A DNA stretch of 63,374 nucleotides, counting the filler, from Octopus bimaculoides (lineage: Eukaryota): NCBI RefSeq assembly GCF_001194135.2. It is 3 parts of 2 records of this genome, joined end to end, with 100 filler letters (N's around TTAATTAATTAA, not from the genome) between each part and the next. Parts side by side here need not be neighbours in the genome. Positions count along the whole stretch, not along the records: positions 43,642 to 63,374 come from NC_068982.1; 2 more parts are not named here. One strand, given 5' to 3'. The notes under the pieces are model-generated. The model saw only the letters and a program-made list of their open reading frames with translations, did not search any database and had not been told where the DNA came from. Position numbers and translations under genes: made by a program. Below are positions 62,660 through 63,374 of the stretch, one piece after another (the stretch's first letter is position 1; each line of letters opens with the position of its first letter).

Positions 62660-62869
62660 TTATACATTAATCCCAATTTTTGTAAGCAGTTGTATCCGTA
62701 AAAAGATATATGAAATGGACGTGCGTGTGTGTGTGTATGTGAGAGAGAAAGAGAGTGAGAAAGAGAGATAGAGTGAATGAGTGAAGTTGTGTATCATTGA
62801 ATTACGTTGGCTGGTGCGGCAAGTACGAAGATTTTATGGCGGCAGATGACTGGGGTGATTTGCAAGATG

Positions 62870-63226
62870 TGAAAAAATGCCGTCTTTTCAGTGGAGCGCT
62901 TCTTTGTAGGCAATGTTTCTCATTTTCCCTTCTGATGCACAAATGTATAGACTTTGTGGCCTGCCAACACGGGAGCATCCAACGTAATGTTGACTGTGGG
63001 AGAACACTTGCTCTGTGAGATTTAAACAAACCATTTGCAAAGATTGACCCTGTGCCTTATTTATTGCCATTGCAAAGGAGAGTTTGATAGGAAATTGAAG
63101 CCGCTTAAACTTGTAGATCGTATTGGAGGGGGAGGGACATTGGAGTTATAAGAACATCTTGAACTGCAGCCAGTCCATTCAAGATGGTTGCCTGTAGAAC
63201 ACGAGTATAAATTTTGATTATCATGC
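62870..63226 (-). mobile_element. Helitron RepHel (Pif1 helicase) C-terminal remnant
   Basis: RMIIK..LQATIL.G...DVLI, then FKRLQFPIKLSFAMAINKAQGQSL..VFSHSQHYVGCSRVG..GKMRNIAYKEAL. Confidence 0.85.
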
Positions 63227-63374
63227 GGAACTTTCCAGGAAGTACCACTCGGAATTTTCCTGGAAGTAGTTCATCATCGGAACTTTCCAGGAAGTAACAC
63301 CCTCGGAACTTTCCAGGAAGTTGCCCATCCTCGGAACTTTCAACTAAATTCAATCCTCCGAACTTTCCAGGAAG
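63226..63374. repeat. Array of 18-bp repeats (CGGAACTTTCCAGGAAGT) with 6-10 bp variable spacers, running off the window end
   Basis: Units start at 63226, 63250, 63278, 63304, 63332 (partial) and 63358. Confidence 0.95.

Noticed and set aside
63226-63374. Repeat-spacer layout resembling a CRISPR array
   Set aside because: Spacers are only 6-10 bp, there are no cas genes, and the context is eukaryotic.

Overview
AT-rich, repeat-dense animal genomic DNA from a gapped draft assembly (about 6 kb of N). The SINE, LINE and microsatellite content suggests Octopus; this is my inference, not a database result. Only one host gene is credible: a plus-strand heat-shock-factor-family gene of HSF5/HSFY/HSFX type. 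I reconstruct five coding exons (43759-44508, 49077-49281, 53446-53587, 60482-60551, 62511-62582). Their splice phases chain without a break into a 412-aa ORF. The DNA-binding domain is split by two very large insertions, and no trimerisation coiled coil is visible. The gene span coincides with a strongly CpG-depleted domain. About 650 bp past the stop, a Helitron helicase remnant is fused to an array of 18-bp repeats carrying HSE-half-site, STAT, kB-like and ETS-like motifs. The rest is decayed mobile DNA: mariners, Penelope-like elements with degenerate hammerhead-like motifs, RLE-type, RTE and I/Jockey-like LINEs, modular tRNA-derived SINEs, a MITE and microsatellites. Two synthetic 100-bp joins (44N-TTAATTAATTAA-44N) mark assembly links, one only 100 bp upstream of the HSF-like exon. 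Family names come from motif recognition, and repeat boundaries are approximate.
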